Positions 11,401 to 24,454 of a DNA stretch of 64,000 nt are shown here, piece by piece. The DNA comes from Antechinus flavipes (taxonomy: Eukaryota). Location: contig NC_067399.1 of assembly GCF_016432865.1 (NCBI RefSeq), forward strand, positions 244,404,001 to 244,468,000, given 5' to 3'. Numbering within the stretch: position 1 is the stretch's first letter; each line of letters starts with the position of its first letter. Position numbers and translations under genes: made by a program. Under the pieces are notes generated by a model. The model ran no database searches, was not told where the DNA came from, and saw only the letters and a program-made list of their open reading frames with translations.

Positions 11401-14400
11401 CTCCATGTCCTCTGACTCCAACAGGTTAAAAAGAACCCTTTGTAGATTTGAGTTGATTTTATTCTGTTCAGGATGTATTACTTCATTACATTCTCAGGAG
11501 CCTTCTTTAAACCTGCATTTAGGCACTGAAGTAACTTAAACAAACCCATAAATCTGATCCTCAATTGAATTTTGGTTTAGCCCAAGTTACTTACCTTAAA
11601 AGATTTCCAATTAGAAAATAACCAATTTAAGTAGCAAGATATCTCCCAAAGAAATAGATTTCTAGGTCCCTATTAACAGGCATAAACACACTTAGCCATA
11701 TGAACTTGCCCTGATTCCTTTGCTCCTACTCAGGCAAGTAATACATTTAACAGCTAAAATTATGACCCAGCATACCAGTATTACCATACAGAAAAACAGG
11801 AAAAACACCATATGGCAGGCAAGGGAAGGGGAGCAACAAACAAAATGGCCCATCTACCTAAAGGAGGAATTCAGGAGCAGGTAGAATAAAATCTTAGTGT
11901 CCTTTTCATCAGTGAATTAGGAGTGTATCAAGACATTTTTGCAAGGAAACATGTGCTCATCCTTCCTAAAGTCGTATATAGTAACTTATAGCCTGAGCTG
12001 ACAAAAACAAAAGAGTTAAGAAAAAAGGACAGAGGGAAAAGCACAGAAATAGGCCTTTTTAAAAGGATTTACATTTGACTGTAACAAGTAAAACCAAATA
12101 AAAAGGGGGGAAAGGGATGGAATTCAACAATATTCATGACTTGGTTGTTATAAAGGGTAGATAAAGTGAAAGGAAACCAAAGTGTACCTAATAAAGACCT
12201 GAAAGCAATCCACACTGGCAACCAGAAGTGACCTTCAGTTGGCTTCTACTTTGGGAGAGTGGAGGGAGACTGATTGACAGGAGTAGTCCTGGCTCTAGCC
12301 TATGTGGGGTGCAGAGGTGGAGGAGCAGGAGCCAGAGTCATGGGGAAAACCCCATTTGCTGCCCATTCCATTGGGGCCTTCAAAAGGCACTCATGTGTAC
12401 TAACATGCTAAGCTGGTAAACTCTGCCCTAAACCACACACAGAAAACATCTCCTGGAATCCTTGGCAGCTCCTCCGCAGAATGTGTCATGCAGTCCCATC
12501 CTACAATCATGCAGCAGACTGCCGTGGGACTTGGTAACAGCCAAATAAGTTGGAGCTGGTCCTGAAGTGTCCAAGAATTTCCCAGTTTTTTAGCTGTCTA
12601 TTTTCCCTCTTTTCTTTTCCCTTCCTTTCTATAGAGCCAAGATGCTGGCCAACACATGTGGCCACAAATGCTAATAAGAGAAAGGTTGGAGAAACCAGGG
12701 GAAAAAAAGGAGGAGAGGGAGCTGAGCAGGCAACAGGAACAGGCAGCTGGAGAAAAGATAGAAGACTTAAATATGGTTTTCAAATCTGACCTCTTTGCTT
12801 GATTTAAGATTCCAGAGTTCAGGCCATAGAATTTCTGTAAAACCAGAGGCCCTGTTTTACTTCCCTCAACCTAAGCCTCAATCCATACAAGAAATCTGAT
12901 AACAAGAGGTGAGCCAAGCTGCTGATTTCTGCACTATGGGACATATTTGTGGTGCAATTTAAAGATCTGTGGGATTTCCCCCAAAAAAAAACCATTTGGC
13001 CCTGAGGGTAGAACCAGCCTCTGAAATGCCACAGAAGAAAATTACTAGCTGATCAGCTGTCCACTTTGGGCATTTGCAGAGGTGGGTGGATAGGGAAACT
13101 CGGACTTCGAGACAGTCCCTCCTCACATTTTTTTCCTCATCGCCCCCTTTCCTCTAGTGACTCCAGTTCTTGATCAAAATAGAAGTGAAGTAAGTTTAGG
13201 ATCTTTCAAATATACTACTCCAAGGGAATAAATAACGGAGATAGATGCACAGACAATTTCAAGCATCATTTTCTGCCTTTTTTTTATGCCACACCAAATT
13301 TAAGAATTATATTACTTGAAGAAAATAAGTACAAGTGAGATCCTCAGATACAAACACAGGAAAGAACAAAGATTGGGGAGGGGAGAGACATGAGTGAGAA
13401 GAGGGAAAAAAGAAGAGAGGACCACGGGAAAGGGAAAGAGAAGGAAAAGAAAGGGAAGGGAGGTTTAATTCCAAATAGCTACAATAATCACAGAAGTTAG
13501 AGAATGGGACTTAGAGAAAAGGAAAAAAAAAGGAATTAAATACAACATAATGTTAAACATAAACTGATTCTAATAAATATTTGAACTGAGAATGGAAAAG
13601 GCCAACAATGTCTGAAATTAGCTGAAGAAAGGCAGGGGGGAGGAAAGGAATAAGTATTTATATAGTGCCTACTATGTGCCAATCACTGTTCTAAGCACTT
13701 AACAAATATTTCATTTGCTCTTCACAAAAACTAATCCTAAGTGATAAATTCTGATATAGAAATAGGAAGAGCAGAGATTGGATTTTCACCTTTTATTTGT
13801 GGAATAGAAAGCACGATGGGGTCTGGCAGAAGAGCCGAAGATAAAACAATGAGGAAGAAATTAAAGATTTTCCTTCTCAATGAGGATTATTCATTCATAC
13901 ATCATTCATTAATTCAGTACCTGTAACTTGGCAGGCACCAGGTGAAGTGCTAAGAATTCAAAGATAATGGTATAGATCTCAAGGAGCTTCCATTCTAGGG
14001 AGACTAGTACTGAAAAGAGTTGGTAGCTAAGAATAGGAGCTAGGTTATTCCTAAGATTTGGGAAGATAAGGAAAACAAAGTCAGGATACAGTCAGTGAAA
14101 AACACCACAAAATCTTTTAGAACAGTAGTGTCACTCAAAAGATTAACATGTTTCTTTTTATTAATTTTTAAAATTCAGTTTTATAATCAGCTCTAAATTT
14201 TCTTTCTCTCACCTCCCTTTCCCCCAAGCATTAAGAAAGCAAGAAAACTCTGTTATAGACACGAATGGTTATCTTAAGTCTTCTGGAATTGTGGCTGGCC
14301 ATTATTAACACCTGTTCTACAGACTGTTAGGGGTACAAAGGGAGAAGAAATAATCATTTAAATATCTACTATGTGTTAAGAACTTTACAAATATTGCCTC

Positions 14401-14594
14401 ATTTAATCCTCATAACAACCCTGAGAGATAGATGTTATTATTAGACCCATTTTACAGATGAGGAACCTGAGGCAAAAATGATTAAGGGACTTACACAGAG
14501 TAATAGCTAGTGTCTAAGTCTGAATTTGAACTCAAGATTTCCTAACTTCAGACCTAGCACTCTATACCACCTAGTTGTCTCAATCTGTTAATAA

Positions 14595-14832
14595 ATGAAG
14601 GGTTCTCAGATTGGAGTCCACAGACCCTTAAATTAGTTCATGACTAGATTTAAGATCCTATGATCTTAAATGAGGAAAAAAAATTACATCTTTATTTTCA
14701 CCAACCTTTGGTTTCCCTTATAATTCTATGTATTTTATGTATTTTAAAACTTTGCTCTAAAAAGGGAGTCTGTCAGCCTCACCAGACTGCCAAAAGGGTC
14801 CATGACACAAACAAAAATTAAGACTCCCCTCA
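14595..14832. mobile_element. Degenerate MER5-like hAT MITE
   Basis: gggttctcagattggagtccacagaccc...cagactgccaaaagggtccatgacaca...aaattaagactcccct; terminal inverted repeats (TIRs) are degenerate. Confidence 0.5.
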
Positions 14833-17800
14833 ACTAGATGAAGTTATATCCACAGGGACATAACCTAGCCCATAGTATTTCTGAAACTATGTACCACGCT
14901 GTGCTACAAGATTCCAACCACATTAAATGTTCTAAAGAAAAAAAACATTTTTTTACCACCTGTTCTTTCTTTTAAAAAAATGTGATTTAATAAACTGAGA
15001 ATTTTGTAGTTGGAACTATTTTTCCACCTCCTCATTTCAACCTGAATCCCAGAGAAATTAAATATTCTGTCCAAGGTCAAACAGCTAATTAGTAGGAAAG
15101 TCATGACTAGAACCTAGGTCTTCTGTTTCCTCCTTTATTTCTTTTCCCATTATACCAGGACACTTCTTTATAATTTGAGAGCTCCCCATTTCTTTCTCCA
15201 CCCTTATACAACATCCAATTCACAACCAGTGCAACAGAAATTCAAAGAATTCCTCTAAGGAAGGATGATCAGAAAGGTTGGAATCAGGCCACAACAGCTT
15301 TCACTAAATCTAAACTCTATCCTAAGGGCAATGGGGAACCATTGAAGGCTTTTGAGCAAAGGAGAGACATGATCAAAGCAATGTTTTAAAGCAATTAATC
15401 TGGCAGTATGGAGAAGGGAGTGACTGGAGGTGGGGAAAACCATGAGGAGACTATTGTAATAGTCCAGGCATGAGGTAATAAGGGCCTGCGCTAGGGTGTT
15501 GACTGAGGGAATGGAAAGGGACTTTTTTTTTTAAGGTCCTTTGCCCCTCATCAAGCCTCAAGAACCCTATTCTGACCTTAATTTGAAATATCAGCATAAC
15601 TTTACTAAGTGAGGCAAACACTTAAACACTTTTAATAAGTATAGATTTAGTGATAATCTTTATTGATAGCCCTTCACATATTGGTATGTAAGATTTGCAC
15701 AGTACTCTGCTACAGATGACTACTTACGAGGGAACTGAAAAATATTAATTCTCTTTGCCTCCTGCCAAAAAGTTGAACCAATTACAGGGCTCTGATATGA
15801 AATGCAGATGTTAATGCATTTGGAAAAATAGCCTTCTATAGACAAGTTAAATTGTAAGTTCGAAATGCTTTCGGAATTAAGTTCTGGATCAAGATGTACA
15901 GACCACAAGCCTTTAACATAAAAGTAAATTCTACCAACATTTGTTATAAAATAAATAAAGGGGACATTCTGATTGCACATATCAAACAAATAAGTACAGG
16001 ATAATCCCCCAGAGTGCATGAGAGCCCAGTCCGCTATTGTGTGTCCTGTTGGCACTCAAACAGCAAATATAATTATAACAATCAGAGGAAAACCTCCATG
16101 GAATTGAAAAGTATTATAATTATGGGTAATTTTCACTTTTTGGAAATTGGGCTCAGTTAGACATTGAATAAAGTTTTTTAAAAACTAGTCTCCAGTTTCA
16201 ATTCTGAAAGAGCTAGCTACATATTAGAAGACTTGCTATATCAGACAGGGCTGAAAGCCCTGAGGGCTTTGCACCATCAATGAATGATACAGAAGATAGA
16301 ATGAGGCCCTTAGACTTGAATAATTTTTCTTCCTGAATGAGACACTGGAAAATAAAATACCAGGCAAGAGTCAGGAGACTGAATTCATGGATCCACCCCT
16401 GCCTCTGGTCCTAATTTACAGTTGTGTGACCCGGGATAAGAACACCTCAGTTTCCTCATGTGAAAAAACAGCACCTGAGCTGCCCTCCCTTACTCATCTC
16501 ACCCTCCTCATAAGTCGGCAGTTCTGACACTCTGCTCTGGGTAACTTTGAACAAATCACTTCCTCACTTCAGTTTCCTCCTACTTAAAATGAGTAAGTTG
16601 AAATAGAATCTTTCAGTCTTCCACCTTGGATATTTTAAAATTCTGTGATCAAATAAGAGAATCTGAGGTGAATAAACTTAGGTAAGGAAATGTTAAATTG
16701 TGGTACATATTTGCAAAGATTTCCCCAGACCCAAGTGCCATGTTTCTGGCTAATATTTCCAGAGACCAACATCTCTGTTTTCTCACATTACAGGTGTTTT
16801 GGTGCTAAATAAAGGAACTTTCTGAAGCTTGAGTTCTTACTTTAAGGTTTCCATTTTCTTCTTTCTTTTTTTGGAAAAACTCTTTAAATCAGCTACTTTG
16901 CACAGATAAAAAATAAATTCCTGTGAAGAAGGGCACATTGAGACATATATATCTTTATAAAACCATTTCGAAAATGAATCCTGAATGAGAAACCAAAGGA
17001 CAGCACTATTATCAGAATTCACAGCTGACGTATCATGAGAGCATAGATTGAGAATTCCTTCTAATCTAATCTAAACCCCTCATTTTACAGATGAGTAACT
17101 GAGGTCCAGGGAGTTTAGCTGCCTTGCTCCAGGACACAAAGCCTCTAACTACATGACACCATCAAGACCAAGTTTCAAAGAATATTAGAAGGGGGAGGGA
17201 GCTTAGTAATCATTATTGATGAGGAAGCTGAGGCCCAGGGCTGGGGAGGGGAGAAGTTTTCCAATCTCCTCTACACGCCTGACTGGACATGTATACTCTT
17301 TAGCACACCTATCCATCAGGGCCCAGCCAGATGGAGCAGAATATGAGTCCCCCGAATTACAGAACAAGTGCACCCCACCCACTTCCCAGTGCCAGTGATG
17401 AGCAAAGTTTCTCAAGTGACACAAAGATGCTTTCAGTTAAGCTTGACTTCTAATGAGGCACTCCTCAGCGATTGATTGGGGAGAAGAATCGCCCTTCCCC
17501 ACCCCCCAAGACGAGGAGTTACTGAAGCTTGGAGACTTCAGGGAAAGTAAGTAAGCCTGCCCTTTTGATGGGGTCCTTTTGAGCCCTCCAAATGTCACAT
17601 TAGCTCCTCTGTGAAAGCTGGCTGGTTACTTTGAAATGTGTTGTTCTCTTCTTGGTCTTTTAAAAGGTTCTAATGCTAAAACTGAAAACTAGAGGCCCCA
17701 GGGGAGAAGGCAAATAGGATGGGGGTCAAAGGTTGGTAAATTGATTCCCACACACCTACCAGGAAAGCTGAGGTACTAGGAAAATAGAATGCAAGAGCTG

Positions 17801-19354
17801 GAAAGGATGTTAGGAGAATTCATCTAACTGAACCACTACCTCCATTTTACAGAACAGGACATCAAGGCCCAGGAATGGAAAGTTGCTTTCATAAAGCAAG
17901 TGAGTAGTGGAGTCAAAGCTAGATCCAAGGTGTGTGGAGTTGCAGACTAGCTCAGGACTTTTATTAGAGTTTGACAGTAGCTCTGAACCCTCATTCTTAC
18001 AGATGCCCTCTGAAGTCCAAGTACCCTTCAAGAAAGAAGAGATTTTTCTCCCCTTTACAATTTCATTAAAAAAAAAAATCTTTGTATCCCCAACACAGCA
18101 GTTCCCTGTTCATAGTCGGCACGTAAAGTGAGTTAAAATGAATTTTTTTCCAGTAGTAGATATGAAAAATGCCTAAAATACCACCTCCAGGTGGACTAAG
18201 CCAATTTGAATCCACAGGAAATGTCTCAATTCATTTGGATCCATATTATTTCTTGGCCTCAGCCATTCTACATGGAAGGATAAAAAGTCCTCAAAGGGTT
18301 CTTTTCCACATTTGCCACCACATGTGTGTTCTGTACTCATTCTCCCCACCTTCCTCTCGCCTCCTCCCAGTCCCCTGGGTGCCATTGTACTAAGGGAAGA
18401 GACAGCGCCATACAAACATACAGAGTGATCTCACCAGACAGCTCAGCTTTTCTCCCCCACTACACTTACCCCAAAATGGGGTCAGGAGGTGGCTACTGAT
18501 GGGGGAACAAAACCTCAAAACCTCAAAATAAATCCCTGGGGCGTGGGCCTGCTCTCCCTCACCCACACACCATCCACCTAGAACCCTCCTCCCACCTGTC
18601 CAAAGCTTTGGTCACTCCTTTGTCAAGGCTCAGCTCAGTTCCTCCCTTCCCAATGAGGTCTTCCTTGACCCTTTACTAAAAATTGCCTACTCTTCCACTG
18701 AACTCACACCCTTATCCTAAGCACCTGTGAGAGACGGCCTCATGATGCAAGTTCTTTTCATAGAGGCAAAATGGGAGCGGTGAAAGAGTGCTGGATTCAG
18801 AGGTCAGGACACACAGGTTCAAATTCTAGCTCTCATATTTTCTAGCTGAGTATTGTTGGGGGGCACGTGCCTCCTCCTGTGTTTTACTTTCTTCATCCTA
18901 TAGAATTTGAGAATAATACTCATATCACCTGCCTTTTAGAGCAAAGTATGAGAAAATCACTTTGTAAACTTTAAATTCTATAGAAACATGAGTGGTCCTG
19001 TAAGTTTCAGTTCTCCCACTAAACTAAAGGCCAGGTTGCATTTTACTTCATTGATATCACCTGCCTCCACTGGTCTGATTGCTTCACCTTCAGCAAGTAT
19101 GCACCAGATGATTATTGAAAAGTTTGAAAATTGCCCCTTTCTCCCCCCAAAAGGGGAATGGAACATGTACTAGAAAGCCCGGGTTGGGAGGATCAGCATT
19201 GTTTCCTCTTCTGTAGAATGAGGTGGTTGGCTGAGATAATTTCTAAAGTCCTTTCCAACTCTAAAGTCCTACAGTTCTACGGTTGTACTTTTCCAGCTGG
19301 GGAGGGAGGAACGGGTTGGCCGGGCTTCCTGGAGAATTCCTGGTCTATTGATCA

Positions 19355-20660
19355 ACAAGCATTCATTTATTAAGAGTTTCCTATGGGCCAGACATTCTGC
19401 TAGATTTTAGTGATACAAAGAAAAAAGCAATAACATTCCTCTCACTTGTCCCCAAGAGACTTATGTTCTAATAAGGAGAAAAGAAGTACACATATAGGTA
19501 GAAATAAGTAAAAACAAAATAGATACATGGTAATATTAGAAGGGAAGGTCCCAGCAGTAGGGAGGATGGGAAAGGTCACCTGCAAAAGGTAGTTTGTAAC
19601 CTGTGGCTTGAAAGAATTCTGAAAGGAAAAGGTGAAGAAGGAAAGCATTTCAGCCACAGGGGATAGGATGTACAAAAAGAATATTTTTGAAAGATGATAA
19701 AGCACCCTGTGTGTGGAAAGGTAAGGAAACCAGCATGGCTGAACCAAAATAGTATATAAAGGGAAATAATGTATTAGAATACAAAAAAGACAGAAAAGGA
19801 GGCCAGTTTGTGAAGAATTTTAAATGCCAGAGTAGCTTATATTTGAGCCTGTGGACTATAAAAAAAAACCAAGAGAATTTATTTAGTAGGTAGATGAGAT
19901 GGTCATACTAGGAATTTAGGAAAATCATTCTGACAATTTTGTGGAGAAGGGATCAGACTAATAAGAAAACTATTTCAAAAGTCTAAAAGAAAGGTGATGA
20001 TGAGGTTTTGAATTAGGGTGGGGAACCTGTGAGTAAAAAGAAGAGAATATAAACAAGAGACATTTGGAATTGAAATCACTAAGATTTACCAACTAATCAG
20101 CTATGTAGCATTAATGAAAATGAAAAGCTGGGGATTCAAACCTGAACCAAGAGGATGATGGGAGTGCCCTAAAGAAATATATGGAAGTTCAGAAGAGGAG
20201 TAGGTTTGTTGGGAAAGGAAAATGAATTCTGTTTTGGACATGGTAAGTCTGAAAGGCCTTGAAGGCATTTGTTTGAAAATTTCCAGTAGTTGGTAAAGTA
20301 CTGTAGTTCAGAAGAAAGATTAGAGCTAGATATATAGAACTGGAAGTCATCTATAGAGAGTTCATTGAGTCAAACAATGGGATGACATCCCTATGTGAGA
20401 TAGAATAGGAAAATAAAAAGAAAAGAGAACCCAGGGAAAAAAGCCTTTGGTGGGTACACCCACTGTTAATGAACATGACAGGGAAAGATCCAACAAGGAA
20501 ACCTGAGAAGGAGCTGTCAGACAGGTAGGAAGAGAACCAAGAATACAATGTTACAAAAATCCAGAGGAGAAAGTATACAGGAGGAGGTAGTCAACCATGT
20601 GGAAAGCTGCTAAGGTCAAGTAGGACGAGACCTGAGAAAAGGCCATTAGATTTAGCAATT
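19355..20660 (-). mobile_element. L2 LINE 3' portion
   Basis: tcaacaagcattcatttattaagagtttcctatgggccagacatt tail, then gaattctgttttggacatggtaagtctg...gacctgagaaaaggccattagatttagcaatt. Confidence 0.78.
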
Positions 20661-20679
20661 AATTTTTTATGCTATGGAC

Positions 20680-20867
20680 TAGGGTTTTTAACTCTTTTGT
20701 GTCATAGCAATCTGATGAACTACATGGACTTCTCAGAAGAATATTTTTAAATGCATAATAAAATCAAATACCTACAATTACAAAGCAAACCAATTATATT
20801 GAAATACACTTATCAAATACATATATTTTTCAAAACAAGTTCATGAACTGCAGGTTAAAAACCTCTG
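20680..20867. mobile_element. MER5-like hAT MITE
   Basis: TIRs tagggtttttaact / ggttaaaaacctctg; 8-bp flanks ctatggac / ttatagaa match at 5 of 8. Confidence 0.68.
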
Positions 20868-23800
20868 TTATAGAAGATATTTCAGCCTAGAATGTTGTCA
20901 CAGGGGAGATTCATATCCATTCAAATTTAATGCTTAACGATGAATATTATATTGTCTTCTCCCTTACCCTATTCTGTTTAGAAGTGTGAATGAGAGACTA
21001 GTTCGGCTGAGTTCTCTAACCTGGTGTCTACAGGCCTATACAAATATATATCCTACTGCTTTAATAATTATATCTGTTTACTTGCATAAATACATTTTTC
21101 AGACTAAAAGAGAAATCCTGTATTCATCTACAGCAAATCAGAGAAGGCTGGCAGCTATTTCCTGCCTCAGCGGAAGAGTCCCTTACTTTGCCCATGTCAT
21201 TTACCTGCAGGTAGGGGTGGGAGAGGTAGAATGCTGGCACCTTGGGTAGATCAGTTCAAGGAATAAAACAAATCAATGTGGCCCAACCCTTCTCCTTCCC
21301 GGGCCAGTAGCTCAGTGCCTTTGGGGAAGGCAGCTGTCTGTATTGTTAGCTACGCCCTGGGTGGTGTAAGCTTCTATGTCATTATCTCCTGAGACAGAGG
21401 ACTTTTGTTTCATCTCTAATCCTGCGTTCCTATTACTTACTGTTAGGCTGAGGGGAGAGGTCAGCCAATTTTAGTTTCTATTCTTTCCCTCCCCTATTCT
21501 TCGTGTATATTGGAAACAAGCTGGTTTGTTAGAGCGTTAGGGGAAAAAAAATTCTTTTCTAGATTTGACTTGTGTTCTGAATGCTGAGACCAGGCCCCTC
21601 ATGACTTTACTCTGAGCTTACCCTGACTTTGATGGGAGTTTAAGGGAAAGGACCTGGTTCTTTGGAATAAACATGGCAACTTTTTCATCCATCTGCCAAG
21701 GATCATTTGGCCTTCAGCAGGCCCAGTCATTGCACAACTTCATCCTTGGACCAAGGGAAACCCTTCCTGGTGCTTTCTGCAGTGTCACTAGGGTCGTATC
21801 TGCTGCCCAGATGTCCTCCTGCCCTTTCAGCTGGATCAAATATCCTGCCCCTATGAGGCTTTTGGAGCACAGCTATGAAGGAAATGCCACGTTCTACCCA
21901 GATGGGGCTACGGACAAGTGAGGGAGAACTGTAAAATGCTTAAGAAGCTTCAGGGATGAAAGGGTGGGTAGTTTCCACTGCAGGGAATTAAAGGGTTAAT
22001 AGCATCTTACTGGGTTTTGTGTTTCTCCTCGTTTCTACTAACACCTACACTGTCTCCCCACCCCAATTCAGACTTTGAATTAATCGCCTTGATCTAGAAA
22101 AATCAAGACTCAGCAGAGGAATAAAGCTCTAGGTTCCTGAGAGCCCAGAGTCCAAACACTTTCCTACAACCTATGTGATCTTTGACATCTCTAGATCTCA
22201 GTTTCCACATCCATTAAAAAAAAAAAAAAAAGGTAGAGGGAGACAGGCAGTAGAGCAGGTACAACACCGGCTTGGACCTCAGACACAAACTGTATCAAAC
22301 CTTTTTAATCCTCAGTTTTCTCATCTTTAAAATAAGAGGGTGGACCCAATGACCTTTAAAATTTCTTCTGACTTGAATTCTATGATTCTATGACAGGGAT
22401 GGAGTCTATGATCTCTAAGGTTGCCACCAACTTTAAGTCTATGATTACACTTGAACTTTTTCTCAATCTGTAGTTTCTGGATTTAAAACAACATTGTTCA
22501 GCTATGGTCCAGTTTCCCCCCCTACTTTCCATTTCTTACCCATTCTGCAGCTAGTTTGCTTCCCTGGTTGAACTTCTGCCTCCCTCTCCCCTCCACCCCC
22601 CCCTCACCTTCTCATAGGGCCAGGACTGCTGCCAATGGCCCGGAATTCTCATTCTTAATTTACACTATAGTTTCACCAAGACCCTCCTCCCTCCCCACTC
22701 CAGCCTGGTCTTGTCTGGTCCAGCCTGTCTGAGTCTGTGTCCTCACCTTAATGAGCAGCACAAAAGCACTAGGCCTGGAACGCATCCACAAGGACTTATT
22801 ATCGGAATTTTATCTGGATAGAAGATCAAGAGGAGTCAAAAGAAAGTGACCCCCATGAGAGAAGAGACAATGCAGCCAGATCCAAAGCTGGTTAATCCCA
22901 AAGCATCCCCAAGGCTTTCGTGGAGCATACACAAAGGTTAGCCAGAGAGCCAGATGCTCCAGCTCTTCTACAGCTGTGCAACCCAGTCATGAAACCTCAG
23001 TCAGCACACTGCGTGCCTTCTGCAGCTAATGAGCAAGGCTGCTCCCCGGGCTGAGGCAGAAAAGCACAAGAGAGCAAGAACAAGCAGACAAGGAGAGCAA
23101 TGCTAGGAGGGCTATTTTTTCATGGCAATGGATTGTACTGTTAGCAGCCACCTTCACAGTCAACAGTCACAGTCACAGAACCTGAGATTCACAGATGAAA
23201 AAAATGCTTGGGTTCCTAGAATGTTTGGGGGTGGGAAAATATAAAATCCATTTATAGAAAGGTTAGGAGTTTGGGAAACTGAAGTGGTTTAAAGCTCTCT
23301 TTGTTAGCTATTCAATTAGGTCCTGATTAATGCAAACAATCAATTCCCCTTGAAGTGATTACATGTGTTTGAATTCAATACTATTGAAAGTTGTGAATAT
23401 GTATAGTTGGTGAATGATTCCAGTCCAAAAGAAATACATGGTAAGAAGGTGAATAAATAATATGATCTCGTCACAAGATTCATTATACACACTAATTGAG
23501 ACTCAGTTATCAACTGAAAAGTTTAGGGGTATAGCTCAATGGGCCAAGAGCAGAGGGAAGAGTTAGGCAAGTAGGGAGACTGGCCTGCATTCCCTCATTA
23601 TCTTCAATCAGAAATGCAGCATCTAACGAGGTATCAGAGAGTTTATTTGACTTCAGAAAAAGATCACTCCTGGAAAATTACTTGTGAGCTATTCCTTTCT
23701 CTGAGATCCAAGCAGATTTACCTTTCAAGGCCTTCAGCTTGTAAAGTTCAGAGGCAGGAATCCCAGGCAAAGGAATGGGTCCCAAAGGAGCACTTCTCAT

Positions 23801-24078
23801 ACCCAAGTAATCTTGGAACAGAACTGCACATCAATGTGCGGCATGTTATGCCTGCCTCCTGCCTCCTGCCTCCTCTTGCCAAGGAAATGCCACGATCAAC
23901 CAATTCATCTTTAAACAATAGTGATTCAGGCCTCCGTGTACCAGGCTATAAATTCAGTCTGCTGATTGACTCCTAAGCAGGATCAAATAGGTAGACAAAG
24001 TGATCCAGAATGGAACTAAAATCCACAGAGCTTTGATAATTAGCACAGACAATAAAAGAAATCACATGTTAAAAGAAA

Positions 24079-24454
24079 NNNNNNNNNNNNNNNNNNNNNN
24101 NNNNNNNNNNNNNNNNNNNNNNNNNNNNNNNNNNNNNNNNNNNNNNNNNNNNNNNNNNNNNNNNNNNNNNNNNNNNNNNNNNNNNNNNNNNNNNNNNNNN
24201 NNNNNNNNNNNNNNNNNNNNNNNNNNNNNNNNNNNNNNNNNNNNNNNNNNNNNNNNNNNNNNNNNNNNNNNNNNNNNNNNNNNNNNNNNNNNNNNNNNNN
24301 NNNNNNNNNNNNNNNNNNNNNNNNNNNNNNNNNNNNNNNNNNNNNNNNNNNNNNNNNNNNNNNNNNNNNNNNNNNNNNNNNNNNNNNNNNNNNNNNNNNN
24401 NNNNNNNNNNNNNNNNNNNNNNNNNNNNNNNNNNNNNNNNNNNNNNNNNNNNNN
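24079..24454. other. Assembly gap (N run)
   Basis: Run of N bases. Confidence 0.99.

Noticed and set aside
17540-17556. Plus-strand donor-like AA|GTAAGT suggesting an antisense lncRNA exon
   Set aside because: A single short motif with a weak exonic side, and no acceptor or promoter support visible. Needs stranded RNA-seq.
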